This document shows, piece by piece, positions 28,652 to 39,075 of a stretch of DNA of 64,000 nucleotides. Each line of letters starts with the position of its first letter. Within the stretch, counting starts at the first letter, position 1. The position numbers and the translations under genes were made by a program. The notes beneath the pieces were generated by a model. The model was not told where the DNA came from, ran no database searches, and worked only from the letters and a program-made list of their open reading frames with translations. The DNA is from Candidatus Uhrbacteria bacterium (GTDB lineage: Bacteria > Patescibacteriota > Patescibacteriia > JACQRZ01): assembly GCA_016188385.1 (NCBI GenBank), contig JACPHV010000021.1, forward strand, positions 2,649 through 66,648. Direction: 5' to 3'.

Positions 28652-29029
28652 TCAAGGAAGCGCGCACCCTGTCTTTTCCGCCAATGTGTCGAGCGCTACT
28701 TCTCCGCTCAACCGGGAACCATCAGCGAATTCCCAAGTCGGGTATCCTTCAATTTTTTTATCAATGCACACAGGGAGCTGTGCCCTTCCATCCGCGGTCG
28801 AGCATTCTACATAAGGAAGCTTCTTTTCTGACTTTCCAAACATGTTCTTTTGATTTTGGCAGTGCGGACACCAAAATGCGCCATAAAAAACCGCTCCTTT
28901 CTCTCCCAGACAGGATGCAAACGAGTCGAGTTCACTCGGCTCGTTTTGCGCACGGACAATCAAAAAAATCCCCGCAAACAACGCCACGGCAACGCCTCCC
29001 CACAATGAAATAGTTTTTGCATTTTTCAC
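28652..29029 (-). CDS. Membrane-anchored thioredoxin-like protein
   Basis: FYGAFWCPHC..YVEC..C..IEGYPTW. Confidence 0.88.
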   Translation of the reverse strand: MKNAKTISLWGGVAVALFAGIFLIVRAQNEPSELDSFASCLGEKGAVFYGAFWCPHCQNQKNMFGKSEKKLPYVECSTADGRAQLPVCIDKKIEGYPTWEFADGSRLSGEVALDTLAEKTGCALP

Positions 29030-29100
29030 ATCGTTTGTGTTAATGAAATGAAGTATTCAATTTTTTCAAACCCCCGTCAAGCATATTGATTTGATGTTTC

Positions 29101-31440
29101 TTATGCATAGTACCACGAAGGATAATACGGCGCTTTCCATTGTAATCCATCAAATTGCTCCAAAAACGGCACGTCTTCCATCTGAATCTTTCCCATGTAA
29201 AGTTTTGTCAGCCCTTCCTTTCCGTGATACTCGATATATTGATTGACTTTATGGTAGCCGGAAAAATAAATTCTGTCTTTCATAAAAACGCCCGGACGCG
29301 CCGTATCCTGAAGCCCCCGTTTCACGCGTACGCATGTATGCCATGCTGTCTTTTGCGTAAGTCCGTACGTCGCTATGAGATAATGAAATAATTCCGCAAA
29401 CCCCATCTCCTTACCGTGATGCAGAGCCAGAATCCTCCATGCCGGCCAGTAGAGTTTCTCGTCAAGAGGTATGCCAAGCTTCCTTTGATTATAGATTGCC
29501 AGCCCTTCTTCAGTTTCAAGATACCCCCGTGTGCCATGTTCGAATATCCGATATGGTTGACGTTTACCGTTTTCATTCCGATAGATGTGTGTTTCAATCT
29601 CATGCGCGATTTGGCCCTTAAGGCGATTGCGCGTAATTCGCGCATTTTTATTGATAAATAAAACTCCCGTCTTGCTGACTTGCATATCTGCCATGGCTGT
29701 CTCTTGCACGACAACTTTCCATCCCTCCAGGTGGTGCCTTGAAAAAAAATCTTTCACTTCTGACTCAATGGTCGCTACCGGCACCACATCGCTCGTATCT
29801 TTCTGGGTATATTCCGTTTGCAAAAAACGTTCCGCGAGATTGTATTCATATTCAGTGCTATCGCCGTAGAGATCAATTGATAATTTGGTAAATTCATCCG
29901 TCCCTCTGCCGCGCAGAAGCGCGATCTGCATTTGAATCTCTTTAACCCGCTCCGCATAGAACCGGGCTAATGGATGGTCAAAATCCGTAGGTATCTTTGC
30001 AAGTTCTCTGTCTATCTCGTTTAATTCTTCCGGAATTGTGCGATAGATGAACTGTGGAGATGAAAGCGGCCGTTTGAGAAATACCGCTCGCGACTGCTCA
30101 AGATTTTGCGGTTTAAGGTAAGCAAGTAAATGGATTGAAGAGACTAGCTCCGCGAGTTTACGGTCAACATTTGCAATTATTTTTTCTTCTCGAGTAACGT
30201 GTGCGGCTGACGCATGCGGCTCGACACGAGTAGTATCAATGTAAAATCCACCTAATCCTCGCCTGCCGATAATCATTTGATAGGCATCGCTTTCGAGCTT
30301 CTCTCTCTTAAAGGGCAAGGTCACTTTCTGCCCTTTCAGTTGGATCGAAAGCACCTTTTCATCAGCTGGCAATTGTATTGATTCATCAATAACGGCATGT
30401 TCGGCGTGGGGATCTATCTTTGCCACCAACGTCTCCGGCGTTGCGTGAAAAATACGCACGGTCTCATACAAACCAACTGTCTGCGGGCCGCTCTCCTTGT
30501 CATCCACGCGCAAAGTAGCTCGATGAGAAAATAACATTTTTGCAATCTGAACCCCCTTATCCGGCGTAAGGACAGTGAGGTCGGCTATTTTATCCAAGCG
30601 CGATCGCAAGAGTACTCGGTTGGCGATTTGCACAGCGAGTCCGGCTCGGGCGTTTAGCTCCAATACCTTTACGCCCATGCTCGTAACCGCGACATCGACA
30701 GCGAGGTATCCGATGCCGCTCACTTTCTGGCATAGAGCAGCGGTGTGGAGCACGGTATCCCATTCAGGGATCACAAAGCTATTGATAGGATCGCCGTTTG
30801 GTAATTTTGTGACGAACCGATCATGGCGTACCCCATGCGTCGTCTTTCCGCTTGCAAGATCAACGCCGAGACCGACAGCTCCAAGATGAAGATTCGCTTT
30901 CCCTTCTGACTCTACGGTAGGCAAACGCAGCATCGCGATTACCGGCACATAGTTAAATACGATCACTCGAATATCGGGCAAACCCATATCGCCCAAGCGC
31001 CGAAAATCAGAATGTGCCACCAATAACTCTTCGACGACAACTTCATCCCGCAAACCGGAGATTGCGTACTTTCCGTCAAGGATCGCCGTGAGCGCCTGCT
31101 GTATATCTTTCCATTGCCATCTCCTGCCTTTTGTTCCTAAAAATACCTGATTGTCCCTGCCGGTTATCACGATGATCCCTTCGCCGCCGAATCCATGGTT
31201 AGGCTTTATGACAAAACGCGGCGGCAGAGTGGCGGGATCAAGAAGACGTAATTCTTGGTGCGAACGTATCACGGTATACAGTTTCGCGCATCCTATGCCG
31301 CGCGAGGAAAGAAATTTCTTGGTATAAATTTTATCATCGGCGAATTTTTTACTCGCTGCCGTGTTGAAGCGGGCAATGTAGAGCAGATTACGGGCATTCA
31401 TCCCGAGAATCCCTTTTGCGCGTGAAAGAAATTGGATCAT
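29101..31440 (-). CDS. Fusion: glutamate-ligase-like ATP-grasp + degenerate RimK-associated protease domain + DUF1704/MATCAP-type carboxypeptidase
   Basis: GILGMNARN, DDKIYTK, FVIKP..G.GGEGI, PDIRVIV, ANLHLGA, LELNARAGL; then AKIDPH..IIGRR..FYID; then AHEIETH, TEEGLA, RVKRG, KD.IYFSG, LYMGKI. Confidence 0.85.
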   Translation of the reverse strand: MIQFLSRAKGILGMNARNLLYIARFNTAASKKFADDKIYTKKFLSSRGIGCAKLYTVIRSHQELRLLDPATLPPRFVIKPNHGFGGEGIIVITGRDNQVFLGTKGRRWQWKDIQQALTAILDGKYAISGLRDEVVVEELLVAHSDFRRLGDMGLPDIRVIVFNYVPVIAMLRLPTVESEGKANLHLGAVGLGVDLASGKTTHGVRHDRFVTKLPNGDPINSFVIPEWDTVLHTAALCQKVSGIGYLAVDVAVTSMGVKVLELNARAGLAVQIANRVLLRSRLDKIADLTVLTPDKGVQIAKMLFSHRATLRVDDKESGPQTVGLYETVRIFHATPETLVAKIDPHAEHAVIDESIQLPADEKVLSIQLKGQKVTLPFKREKLESDAYQMIIGRRGLGGFYIDTTRVEPHASAAHVTREEKIIANVDRKLAELVSSIHLLAYLKPQNLEQSRAVFLKRPLSSPQFIYRTIPEELNEIDRELAKIPTDFDHPLARFYAERVKEIQMQIALLRGRGTDEFTKLSIDLYGDSTEYEYNLAERFLQTEYTQKDTSDVVPVATIESEVKDFFSRHHLEGWKVVVQETAMADMQVSKTGVLFINKNARITRNRLKGQIAHEIETHIYRNENGKRQPYRIFEHGTRGYLETEEGLAIYNQRKLGIPLDEKLYWPAWRILALHHGKEMGFAELFHYLIATYGLTQKTAWHTCVRVKRGLQDTARPGVFMKDRIYFSGYHKVNQYIEYHGKEGLTKLYMGKIQMEDVPFLEQFDGLQWKAPYYPSWYYA

Positions 31441-31451
31441 GACAATGCAGC

Positions 31452-32996
31452 TTACTCTTCGATTGTGCGATCCTTAAGAATACCGCGGAATCTAATATAT
31501 TCACTCAACCGCAAGCCGGTAAACCGTCCTAACAGCAATAAGCCGATCAGGGGTACGATTACATATTCAGGGGTTGCCGTAAGAATACCCGCAAATGCAT
31601 TCCATGTGACGACATAATACGCACTAATTACAACCGCCAAAGTAGAAAGGATACCGCGCAGGGCGTTGCGTAAACCTTCTTCCTGTTGCGCTGATAGGAA
31701 TTTTTCAGTCACGGTAGACATGACAAGCATGGGAAATACGGCGAGCGAAAGCGCGATCGAACTCTGCGATGCCAATAACACCCAGATCACTCCCAAAAAA
31801 GAAAGAGCGACAGCGGAAAGCACAAGGCCGGTGCGAGGGATATAGAGAAGATCAATCTTGTTGACAATCCAACGGATAAAAAATCCCGTCACAACGATAA
31901 CGAGAAACGTGATGAGGCTAAATTGAATTCCAAGGATGAGAAATGCCGTCGCAATCATAGCTGGCGTATACACTCCGAACGCGGAAACACCAAATACTTC
32001 ACGGGCAAACGCGATGATAAAAACGATAAAAGGAAACGCCAAGAGTAGGTAGATCGTGTTGGTAGGCACGCCTTGGGAAATGAAGCGAGAAATAAGATGA
32101 GAAAGCAGGAAAATCTTTGATTTCTCGCTCCGTTCATCAATGACACGGTATTCGATGGCGCGATTTTGCAAAGTCGTAATAAGGGATACAAGTCGTACGG
32201 AGGTAAACAAGGGGTTTAAGGACTCGCGGCGCGACAATAGAATATAGCTCGGCTGAATCACCTGAAACACCTGCTGCACAATGCTTGCGCTCGTTTTGAT
32301 ACTACCGTCAGTGATGACAGTATAAAACTTTTGCTGAAGACGCTCCTTACGCGCGGGATCTCCAATAGTCCGCCAGTAGCGAGCAAACGCTTTTAAGCCC
32401 AAGAGTGATCCTGTATAAAAAATATATACGTCAGCAGAATCAATAAATTCACTTTTTTCCGCGAGCGCCTTTACGATGGCTTCTTCATTCAAAAATTCCG
32501 TCTCGCCTCTTGCGACGGAGACAGCTTCAAGTAATACGCCGCTTTCCGCCGCTTGATCGGCGATTTCTTGCAATCCCGTTTCTTTATCTTTATCGGTAAC
32601 CAACAATACGCGCTTGTCATATACGAATACCTCTTTGACATGATTTGCCTCCACCTGTCCCTGGCGAATCGTGAGTGTCACGCGATACTTGCCGGTGCGC
32701 GAAAACGTACGCACCACCTCTTTTGAGGTTTTCCGGGAATCAGTATCCGAAAATATCCATCGATACGTGGGCGCAGGGGCCGGCGGAGGGATGATCGTTG
32801 ATTCGGTTGCTTCGAAGAGTGCAGGCTTATTAAGAGGTATTACATAATCTGAAGTAATGACCGGAACGATGATTGTACTTGAGGATGTTTCAATACCATC
32901 ATCTGTATTCGCCTGCAGGGCTGCTTCTTGAGCTGAAACGGGAAAACCGGAAGATAAGAGTGAAACAAATATGACGACAAACAGTAGCTTCTTCAT
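31452..32996 (-). CDS. Signal peptide + PKD + 7TM (7TM_transglut-like) membrane protein
   Basis: PKD (YRWIFSD..RTFSRTGKYRVTLT); C-terminal TM bundle with FGVYTP, PR, FPML, GRFTGLRLSEYIRF. Confidence 0.85.
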   Translation of the reverse strand: MKKLLFVVIFVSLLSSGFPVSAQEAALQANTDDGIETSSSTIIVPVITSDYVIPLNKPALFEATESTIIPPPAPAPTYRWIFSDTDSRKTSKEVVRTFSRTGKYRVTLTIRQGQVEANHVKEVFVYDKRVLLVTDKDKETGLQEIADQAAESGVLLEAVSVARGETEFLNEEAIVKALAEKSEFIDSADVYIFYTGSLLGLKAFARYWRTIGDPARKERLQQKFYTVITDGSIKTSASIVQQVFQVIQPSYILLSRRESLNPLFTSVRLVSLITTLQNRAIEYRVIDERSEKSKIFLLSHLISRFISQGVPTNTIYLLLAFPFIVFIIAFAREVFGVSAFGVYTPAMIATAFLILGIQFSLITFLVIVVTGFFIRWIVNKIDLLYIPRTGLVLSAVALSFLGVIWVLLASQSSIALSLAVFPMLVMSTVTEKFLSAQQEEGLRNALRGILSTLAVVISAYYVVTWNAFAGILTATPEYVIVPLIGLLLLGRFTGLRLSEYIRFRGILKDRTIEE

Positions 32997-33148
32997 AAAT
33001 TGAGACTTGAAAAATGGAGGTCAGCTTTTATTCCTTCTACATGGGATCAAACCTGTTGAATCGCCGAAAAATATGATATACTTATCGGTGATGGCACTGT
33101 AGCATATATTTTTGGATTTTTCACCAATAATTACTAACTGTGCGGCTT

Positions 33149-34744
33149 ATGGGCAAACTTTTCCTTTCATCTACGATTACACTGGGAGTATTGTTCTCCT
33201 TTGTCTTCCTGATCGTAATCCTCGCGCTTCTTGTGTTGGATGCCGTATCGCTCGGCACGGCAGTCTCTCTTACGGTTGCTTTCAATATTCTCATGTGGCT
33301 CGCGGGGCCATGGTTTACTGATTTGATCAACCGCTGGTTTTATAAAGTACGCTTTATGTCAGCCAATGAATTTGCCGCGGCGCATCCCGCAGTAGACGCG
33401 ATTATTGTCGACATAGCAAAAGAATACAAATTCAAGCATCCGAAAATTGGTATTATCCCTGACAACAATCCTACTGCGTTTACCTATGGGTCGGGACGTT
33501 ATAACGCCCGTTTGATTCTGACCGATGGCATTTTTCACTTTTTGAATGATGAGGAGGCGCGCGCGGTCGTCGCGCATGAGATGGGACATATCGTGCACCG
33601 CGACTTTATCGTCATGATGATCGCAAGCACCTTGATACAGATATTGTATGAGATATACGCATGGCTCATCAGAATCAGGTCTAACAGCAAAGACAATAAA
33701 TTTGCGCAGTACGCAAAACTCATAGCCATCGCATCTTATATCCTCTATCTTATCGGCGTCTATTTGCTCTTATACCTTAGCCGCACGCGCGAATATCTTG
33801 CCGATACATTTTCCGCAAAAAGGGTGCAGCCGCATCATCTCGCCGATGCACTCATAAAAATAGCATACGGCATCGTGACGACAGATGATTCTGACGCGTC
33901 GAAACGGCTTTTGCAAAGCACGCGCCATCTCGGCATTTCGGATGTAAAAAATGCGAAATATGTAGGCGCTATTTCGTACATTACTCATTCTGACCAAAGC
34001 ATGGTAGCCGAGGCGTTGCTGTTTGACAAAGTTAACCCCTGGGCGAAGCTGATAGAATTAAACTCTACGCACCCGCTGACCGGGAAGCGCATTAGTCATT
34101 TGCAAACCTTGGCTCAAGAGAAAGGATCGCCGTTTCCGCTTGATGTGGAAGCAGCCCTCGCGCGGCACAGTATTGACCATGGTCGTCTTCGTACTGATTT
34201 TACCGTTGGACTGTTCATCCTCTCATTGCCATGGATCGCCGGCATTACCTCATTGTTTTTCCTTCCACTCGCTGCTGTACCCGCCGCGGTGGGACTCGCG
34301 CTGCTTGTGCAAATTTGGTATAAATTCCCTACGGCTAAACCCGAGGAAACAACGATCCTTGACGAGATGCGCAATCCCTACGCCTCGCCGCTGCGCGGCA
34401 AACCGATTGCGTTGGACGGTTTAGTCATCGGCCGCGGGATGCCGGGATATGTGTTTGGCGAGGATATGATGTATCAGGACAAAACAGGGCTTATCTTTCT
34501 TGATTTCACTCACGTATTCGGATTCCTTGGAAACATCTTCTTCGCGCTCAAAAAAGTAAAGGGGCTCATGAATGTACCGTCGCGCGCGTATGGATGGTTT
34601 TATAGAGGCATGGGTTCGCATGTATCGCTTAAATCACTGGCGACACAAACAGAATCAATAAAAAGCCATCCTGTGCTATGGTCGCTCGCTCTACCGATTA
34701 TTCTCATCGGATTATCCCTCTTCTTGTTTATAAGTGCAGCATGA
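33149..34744 (+). CDS. M48 (HtpX-like) zinc metalloprotease with C-terminal extension
   Basis: NPTAFTYG, AHEMGH, SRTREYLAD, STHP. Confidence 0.9.
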   Translation: MGKLFLSSTITLGVLFSFVFLIVILALLVLDAVSLGTAVSLTVAFNILMWLAGPWFTDLINRWFYKVRFMSANEFAAAHPAVDAIIVDIAKEYKFKHPKIGIIPDNNPTAFTYGSGRYNARLILTDGIFHFLNDEEARAVVAHEMGHIVHRDFIVMMIASTLIQILYEIYAWLIRIRSNSKDNKFAQYAKLIAIASYILYLIGVYLLLYLSRTREYLADTFSAKRVQPHHLADALIKIAYGIVTTDDSDASKRLLQSTRHLGISDVKNAKYVGAISYITHSDQSMVAEALLFDKVNPWAKLIELNSTHPLTGKRISHLQTLAQEKGSPFPLDVEAALARHSIDHGRLRTDFTVGLFILSLPWIAGITSLFFLPLAAVPAAVGLALLVQIWYKFPTAKPEETTILDEMRNPYASPLRGKPIALDGLVIGRGMPGYVFGEDMMYQDKTGLIFLDFTHVFGFLGNIFFALKKVKGLMNVPSRAYGWFYRGMGSHVSLKSLATQTESIKSHPVLWSLALPIILIGLSLFLFISAA

Positions 34745-34757
34745 AACCATTAGCCAC

Positions 34758-35654
34758 ATGATTACGCTTTCCAACGGACATTCGTTTGAGCACATGGCGG
34801 CATCCGGAGCGCTTGCTTTCGATGGCAAGGGTTGGCCATGGGAGCAACCGTTACGTTGGGCTGGCTTGCTTGATCCTTCTCTTTTTACGGTTGTGATAAA
34901 AACACTCACGCGGCATCCCCGTAAAGGAAATCTTCGATGGTATAACCCGCTCCGGTGCGTCCGTTTCATGCGGACAGGGGCAGTGAATGCGGTAGGGCTC
35001 ACAAATCCCGGCATTGAATGGTGGTGTGAAAAAATCGGCCCGACCATCAACAAAAATGACATTGCAATGATGGGGTCCATCCTTAGTGATGCCAATACTG
35101 ATGAACTAGCCGAAATGACGGAAATGCTCAACGCCTTCGACCTTGTGGGCCTGGAAGTGAACGCTTCGTGCCCGAATACGCAAGGCGAGATGCTTGGCAA
35201 CGTCGAAACAGTTATCGAGGGGCTCACGAAGGTCAAGGCAAAGACACGCTTTCCACTTGTGGTAAAATTATCCGTGATGCACGATATTGAACACCTCGTT
35301 AAGCGACTCGAAGGGCTTGTCGAGGCGATCTCGATCAATACCGTTCCGTGGGCTAAGATGTTTCCCGATACAAAAAGCCCATTAAGTAAGTTTGGTGGAG
35401 GGGGGGTATCCGGAAAAATCGCGCAACCATATACCTGGGATATGGTACAGAGATTAGTCGCCTTGACTTCGCTTCCTGTTATCGGTCCCGGCGTATGGGA
35501 TTACAACGACATCGCGAGTCTACGCATGCTAGGAGCATCTGCGATTAGTTTTGGTTCCCTCTTTATGCGTTATCCCTGGCGGCCGACACTGTACGCGAGA
35601 AGAGATACGAATGAAATCTTACCGCATGCAAAGGAAAAAACCGGAAATACCTAA
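34758..35654 (+). CDS. pyrD: Dihydroorotate dehydrogenase (class 1-like)
   Basis: ASG, KT, NAVGLTNPG, EVNASCPN, VKLS, INT, GGVSG. Confidence 0.88.
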   Translation: MITLSNGHSFEHMAASGALAFDGKGWPWEQPLRWAGLLDPSLFTVVIKTLTRHPRKGNLRWYNPLRCVRFMRTGAVNAVGLTNPGIEWWCEKIGPTINKNDIAMMGSILSDANTDELAEMTEMLNAFDLVGLEVNASCPNTQGEMLGNVETVIEGLTKVKAKTRFPLVVKLSVMHDIEHLVKRLEGLVEAISINTVPWAKMFPDTKSPLSKFGGGGVSGKIAQPYTWDMVQRLVALTSLPVIGPGVWDYNDIASLRMLGASAISFGSLFMRYPWRPTLYARRDTNEILPHAKEKTGNT

Positions 35655-35750
35655 CTGTCTCTGGGAGACGGGTACCCGCTGATATTTTACTACAGTTTCA
35701 ATGGATAAGCCGCTTTATACATTGAAAAATTCTATACATAACAATAGCAT

Positions 35751-38063
35751 ATGAAGAGTATTGAATTAAAAATTGCCATTCTTGCATCGGGACTGCTCGT
35801 TGTAATCGGCATCGCGATAGGCGCGTTTTTTATCTTTAGCCGCGGAGAAAAGCCCCAAATAGGGAACGAAGAGCCGCCGACCGCGCGACAAATGACGATG
35901 CAAGAAAAATTAGCCGCGCAGAAAGAGATAAAAAAGTTTGCTACGTATGAACAAATGGCCGTATTTCTTGAGAAAACCGCTCAAGAATCATCTGGCGACA
36001 GCTATTCGTATCGCACGCTTGGAGCTCTGAATGCTCTGGAAGCCTCACCTGCTCCGACTGCACTCGGGCCGCAAGCTGAATTTTTCGCGGGTACATCGGC
36101 AAAAACTGGTGATGGTACCGCGGCAAGTGCGCCGGATTATTCCCGTACCAATATCCAGGTGGCAGGAGTGGATGAAGCCGACATAATCAAAACCGACGGA
36201 AATTACATCTATGCGCTTGTGCGCGACAAACTCCATATCATCAAATCGTTCCCTGCGGCAGAAAACAAAATTGTTGGAAGTATTGATTTCACATCGAGGC
36301 CGCAAGAGTTATTCATCAACGGAGACCGGCTGGCGGTGTTCGGCGTTGACAGCGAATTCCAAAATACAGAATTGTACCGATCATTCCCTCGGCGATCTGA
36401 TTATACCTACCTTTCAATCTACGACATTACGGATCGTGTCGCTCCGAAAGAGCTGCGAACGCTTCGATACGAAGGAAATTATTTTTCATCACGTATGATC
36501 GGATCATACGTGTATCTCGTCACGCATACGTATCAGTATGGCTATACGAGCGATGATCCAATGCCGTTGCCTCGCGTTATCGAAAACAATGCGGCACTTC
36601 CAAACACTTGTACGGAGGGCTCTGCCTGTTTTGCGCCTGATGCGTATTACTTTGACATCCCCTATGAGTCGTACACCCTTGCAACACTTTCGTCGGTAAA
36701 CATTGCTGATACAGAGTCATCAGTTGAGGGCGATGTGTATGTGCTGCCTGACGCGAAAAATATGTATGTCTCGTCAGGGGCTGCCTATATCACCTATACA
36801 AAACGGCTTGACGAATACGAACTCATGATGGAGGTCGCCCGTGAGCTCATGGATCCACGACTTACCGAAAAAGAACGCCAACAAATCGCCGCAATCGAGA
36901 CGGCAGAAGACTTCATTCTTAGTCGGATAGAAAAGATGGAAAAAATCGGAAGGGTATTCGAACGAGCAGTCGTAAAGCTTTCTGAAGAGGAGCAAAAAAA
37001 CCTTGCGCGGCAAGGAGAGGATGCCCTCAAACAAAAATATGCCGCGCTCCGCGATGAGCTGGAAAAAACCGTAATCCATAAGATTGCAATACACGAAAAT
37101 CGAATCGAATACGGCGCGACAGGGGAAGTAAAAGGTTCTGTCTTAAATCAATTTTCCATGGATGAAAACGGTGAACATTTCCGCATAGCGACGACCAAAG
37201 GACGCGAATGGCCGCTCTTCAGTGATGAAGGGGAACAAGAGTCCTATAGCAATCTTTACGTCTTGGATGCCGCGATGAACGTTATAGGATCGCTTGAACA
37301 TCTCGCGCAGGGAGAACGTATCTATTCCGCTCGGTTTATGCAGAACCGCGCGTATCTCGTCACGTTTCAGCAGACTGACCCGCTTTTTGTGATCGATCTT
37401 ACTGAACCAACAGCGCCGAGAGTTCTTGGTGAATTGAAAATTCCGGGATTCTCTGATTACCTGCATCCCTACGATGATGCGACGCTCATCGGTCTGGGGA
37501 AAGATACCGAGGCGACCGAATTTGGAGGCGTAAGACAGAAAGGATTGAAACTCTCCTTGTTTGACGTTTCGAATGTCTCAGAACCCAGCGAGATTGATAC
37601 GCTCATTATTGGCGAGAGTGGAAGCGATTCGATCGCTACTCATGACCATAAGGCATTTCTGTTTTCCCGAGAAAAGAATTTGTTGGTAATCCCTGCTTCA
37701 CTCATGGAAACCAAAGATCGAGGCTGGCCTGAATTCTCTTTCGGGGGCGCGCTTGTGTTTTACATCGACAAAAACGGATTCAAGTTGCGGGGAAAGATCG
37801 ACCATTCGGATGAGGGCGCGGGGTCAGAGCGAGATTGGTGGAGCGGATATGGATACTTTGACAACACCGTAAGACGAAGTCTCTATATTGATAACGCTTT
37901 GTACACATTTTCCAATAGCTATCTAAAAACACACTCGCTCGATGATCTTCACGAGATTTCTTCCATACCATTTGAAAGAAACAAAATACAAAGCGAGCTC
38001 CCAGAGCCGATTTCGCCTATCGAACCGCCGCGGATTCGCACTCGTGAAGAGATTCAATGGTAA
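35751..38063 (+). CDS. Secreted beta-propeller domain protein
   Basis: N-terminal TM; YSRTNIQVAGVDEADIIKTDG, LNQFSMDE, GERIYSARF, TDPLFVIDL, LKIPGFSDYLHP. Confidence 0.9.
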   Translation: MKSIELKIAILASGLLVVIGIAIGAFFIFSRGEKPQIGNEEPPTARQMTMQEKLAAQKEIKKFATYEQMAVFLEKTAQESSGDSYSYRTLGALNALEASPAPTALGPQAEFFAGTSAKTGDGTAASAPDYSRTNIQVAGVDEADIIKTDGNYIYALVRDKLHIIKSFPAAENKIVGSIDFTSRPQELFINGDRLAVFGVDSEFQNTELYRSFPRRSDYTYLSIYDITDRVAPKELRTLRYEGNYFSSRMIGSYVYLVTHTYQYGYTSDDPMPLPRVIENNAALPNTCTEGSACFAPDAYYFDIPYESYTLATLSSVNIADTESSVEGDVYVLPDAKNMYVSSGAAYITYTKRLDEYELMMEVARELMDPRLTEKERQQIAAIETAEDFILSRIEKMEKIGRVFERAVVKLSEEEQKNLARQGEDALKQKYAALRDELEKTVIHKIAIHENRIEYGATGEVKGSVLNQFSMDENGEHFRIATTKGREWPLFSDEGEQESYSNLYVLDAAMNVIGSLEHLAQGERIYSARFMQNRAYLVTFQQTDPLFVIDLTEPTAPRVLGELKIPGFSDYLHPYDDATLIGLGKDTEATEFGGVRQKGLKLSLFDVSNVSEPSEIDTLIIGESGSDSIATHDHKAFLFSREKNLLVIPASLMETKDRGWPEFSFGGALVFYIDKNGFKLRGKIDHSDEGAGSERDWWSGYGYFDNTVRRSLYIDNALYTFSNSYLKTHSLDDLHEISSIPFERNKIQSELPEPISPIEPPRIRTREEIQW

Positions 38064-38079
38064 CGTAACGCCAACCAAC

Positions 38080-38715
38080 ATGACAACCGAAGAAATCAAA
38101 GCGACACTGGAAAGCGTCAAAGCGCTTATCACCGACAGCCATATTGTCTACACATCCGGCATGCATGGAAGCGCGTATATCAATAAAGACGCTCTCTATC
38201 CGCATACGGAAAAAATCTCCGCGCTATGCGCGGAGATCGCACACCGTTTCGCCAAAGAAGCTCCTGATGCGGTAATCGCGCCTGCTCTCGGCGGCATCAT
38301 ACTCTCGCAGTGGACAGCACACCATCTCACGTACATGCTCGAACGGCAAGTCTACGGAGTATACGCGGAGAAAGTTGAAGACGGCGGTTTTGTAATCAAA
38401 CGCGGCTACGACAAACTGATACAAGGGAAAAAAGTTCTTGTTGTGGAAGATGTCGTCACAACCGGCGGCTCGGTAAAAAAAGTGATTGAGCAAATCCGTA
38501 AAATCGGAGCCGACGTTATCGGCGTTTGTGTTCTCGCTAATCGCGGCGCTGTGACAGCGGACGACATCGGCGGCGTGCCGCGTCTCGATGCATTGCTTGA
38601 AGTGACGCTCGACGCGTGGAATGAAGCCGACTGCCTGTTATGCAAACAGGGCATACCAATCAACATCGAGGTAGGAAAAGGAAGGGAATACCTTGTGAGA
38701 AAAAATATCTCGTAG
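38080..38715 (+). CDS. pyrE: Orotate phosphoribosyltransferase
   Basis: SGMHG..YI, PRPP motif VVEDVVTTGGS, C-terminal CLLC. Start MTTEEI at 38080. Confidence 0.88.
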   Translation: MTTEEIKATLESVKALITDSHIVYTSGMHGSAYINKDALYPHTEKISALCAEIAHRFAKEAPDAVIAPALGGIILSQWTAHHLTYMLERQVYGVYAEKVEDGGFVIKRGYDKLIQGKKVLVVEDVVTTGGSVKKVIEQIRKIGADVIGVCVLANRGAVTADDIGGVPRLDALLEVTLDAWNEADCLLCKQGIPINIEVGKGREYLVRKNIS

Positions 38716-38729
38716 CAATACCTACAGGA

Positions 38730-39071
38730 TTATTCTGTTGACGAATCTTCGTCTTTCTTCTCTTTGAAAAAAGCTTCTATCATTTCTTCTTGTTCTTTGA
38801 GAATAGCCATTCCCTGCTCCACATGTTCTTTCAACATGTTCCAACTATCATCCGTCTGTTGCAGATCGTCTAAAAGGAGTTCAATTGTATCATCATTCTT
38901 TATGCCCTGCCGATTCAGTTTCAACGCGATTCGTAATTGTTCGGAATTTTCTTTCATAAGATCTTCCAACTCTTTCATCTCTTTAAGTGTCCGCTGAATC
39001 CCCCTTTGTAAACGAAGAATGATTCCTCTTTCAATCGAAACTATGTTAGGGCGCTCTTGTTCTTCCCGCAT
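38730..39071 (-). CDS. Hypothetical coiled-coil protein
   Basis: E/K/Q/L-rich helical ORF starting 5 nt after pyrC. Confidence 0.55.
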   Translation of the reverse strand: MREEQERPNIVSIERGIILRLQRGIQRTLKEMKELEDLMKENSEQLRIALKLNRQGIKNDDTIELLLDDLQQTDDSWNMLKEHVEQGMAILKEQEEMIEAFFKEKKDEDSSTE

Positions 39072-39075
39072 AACT

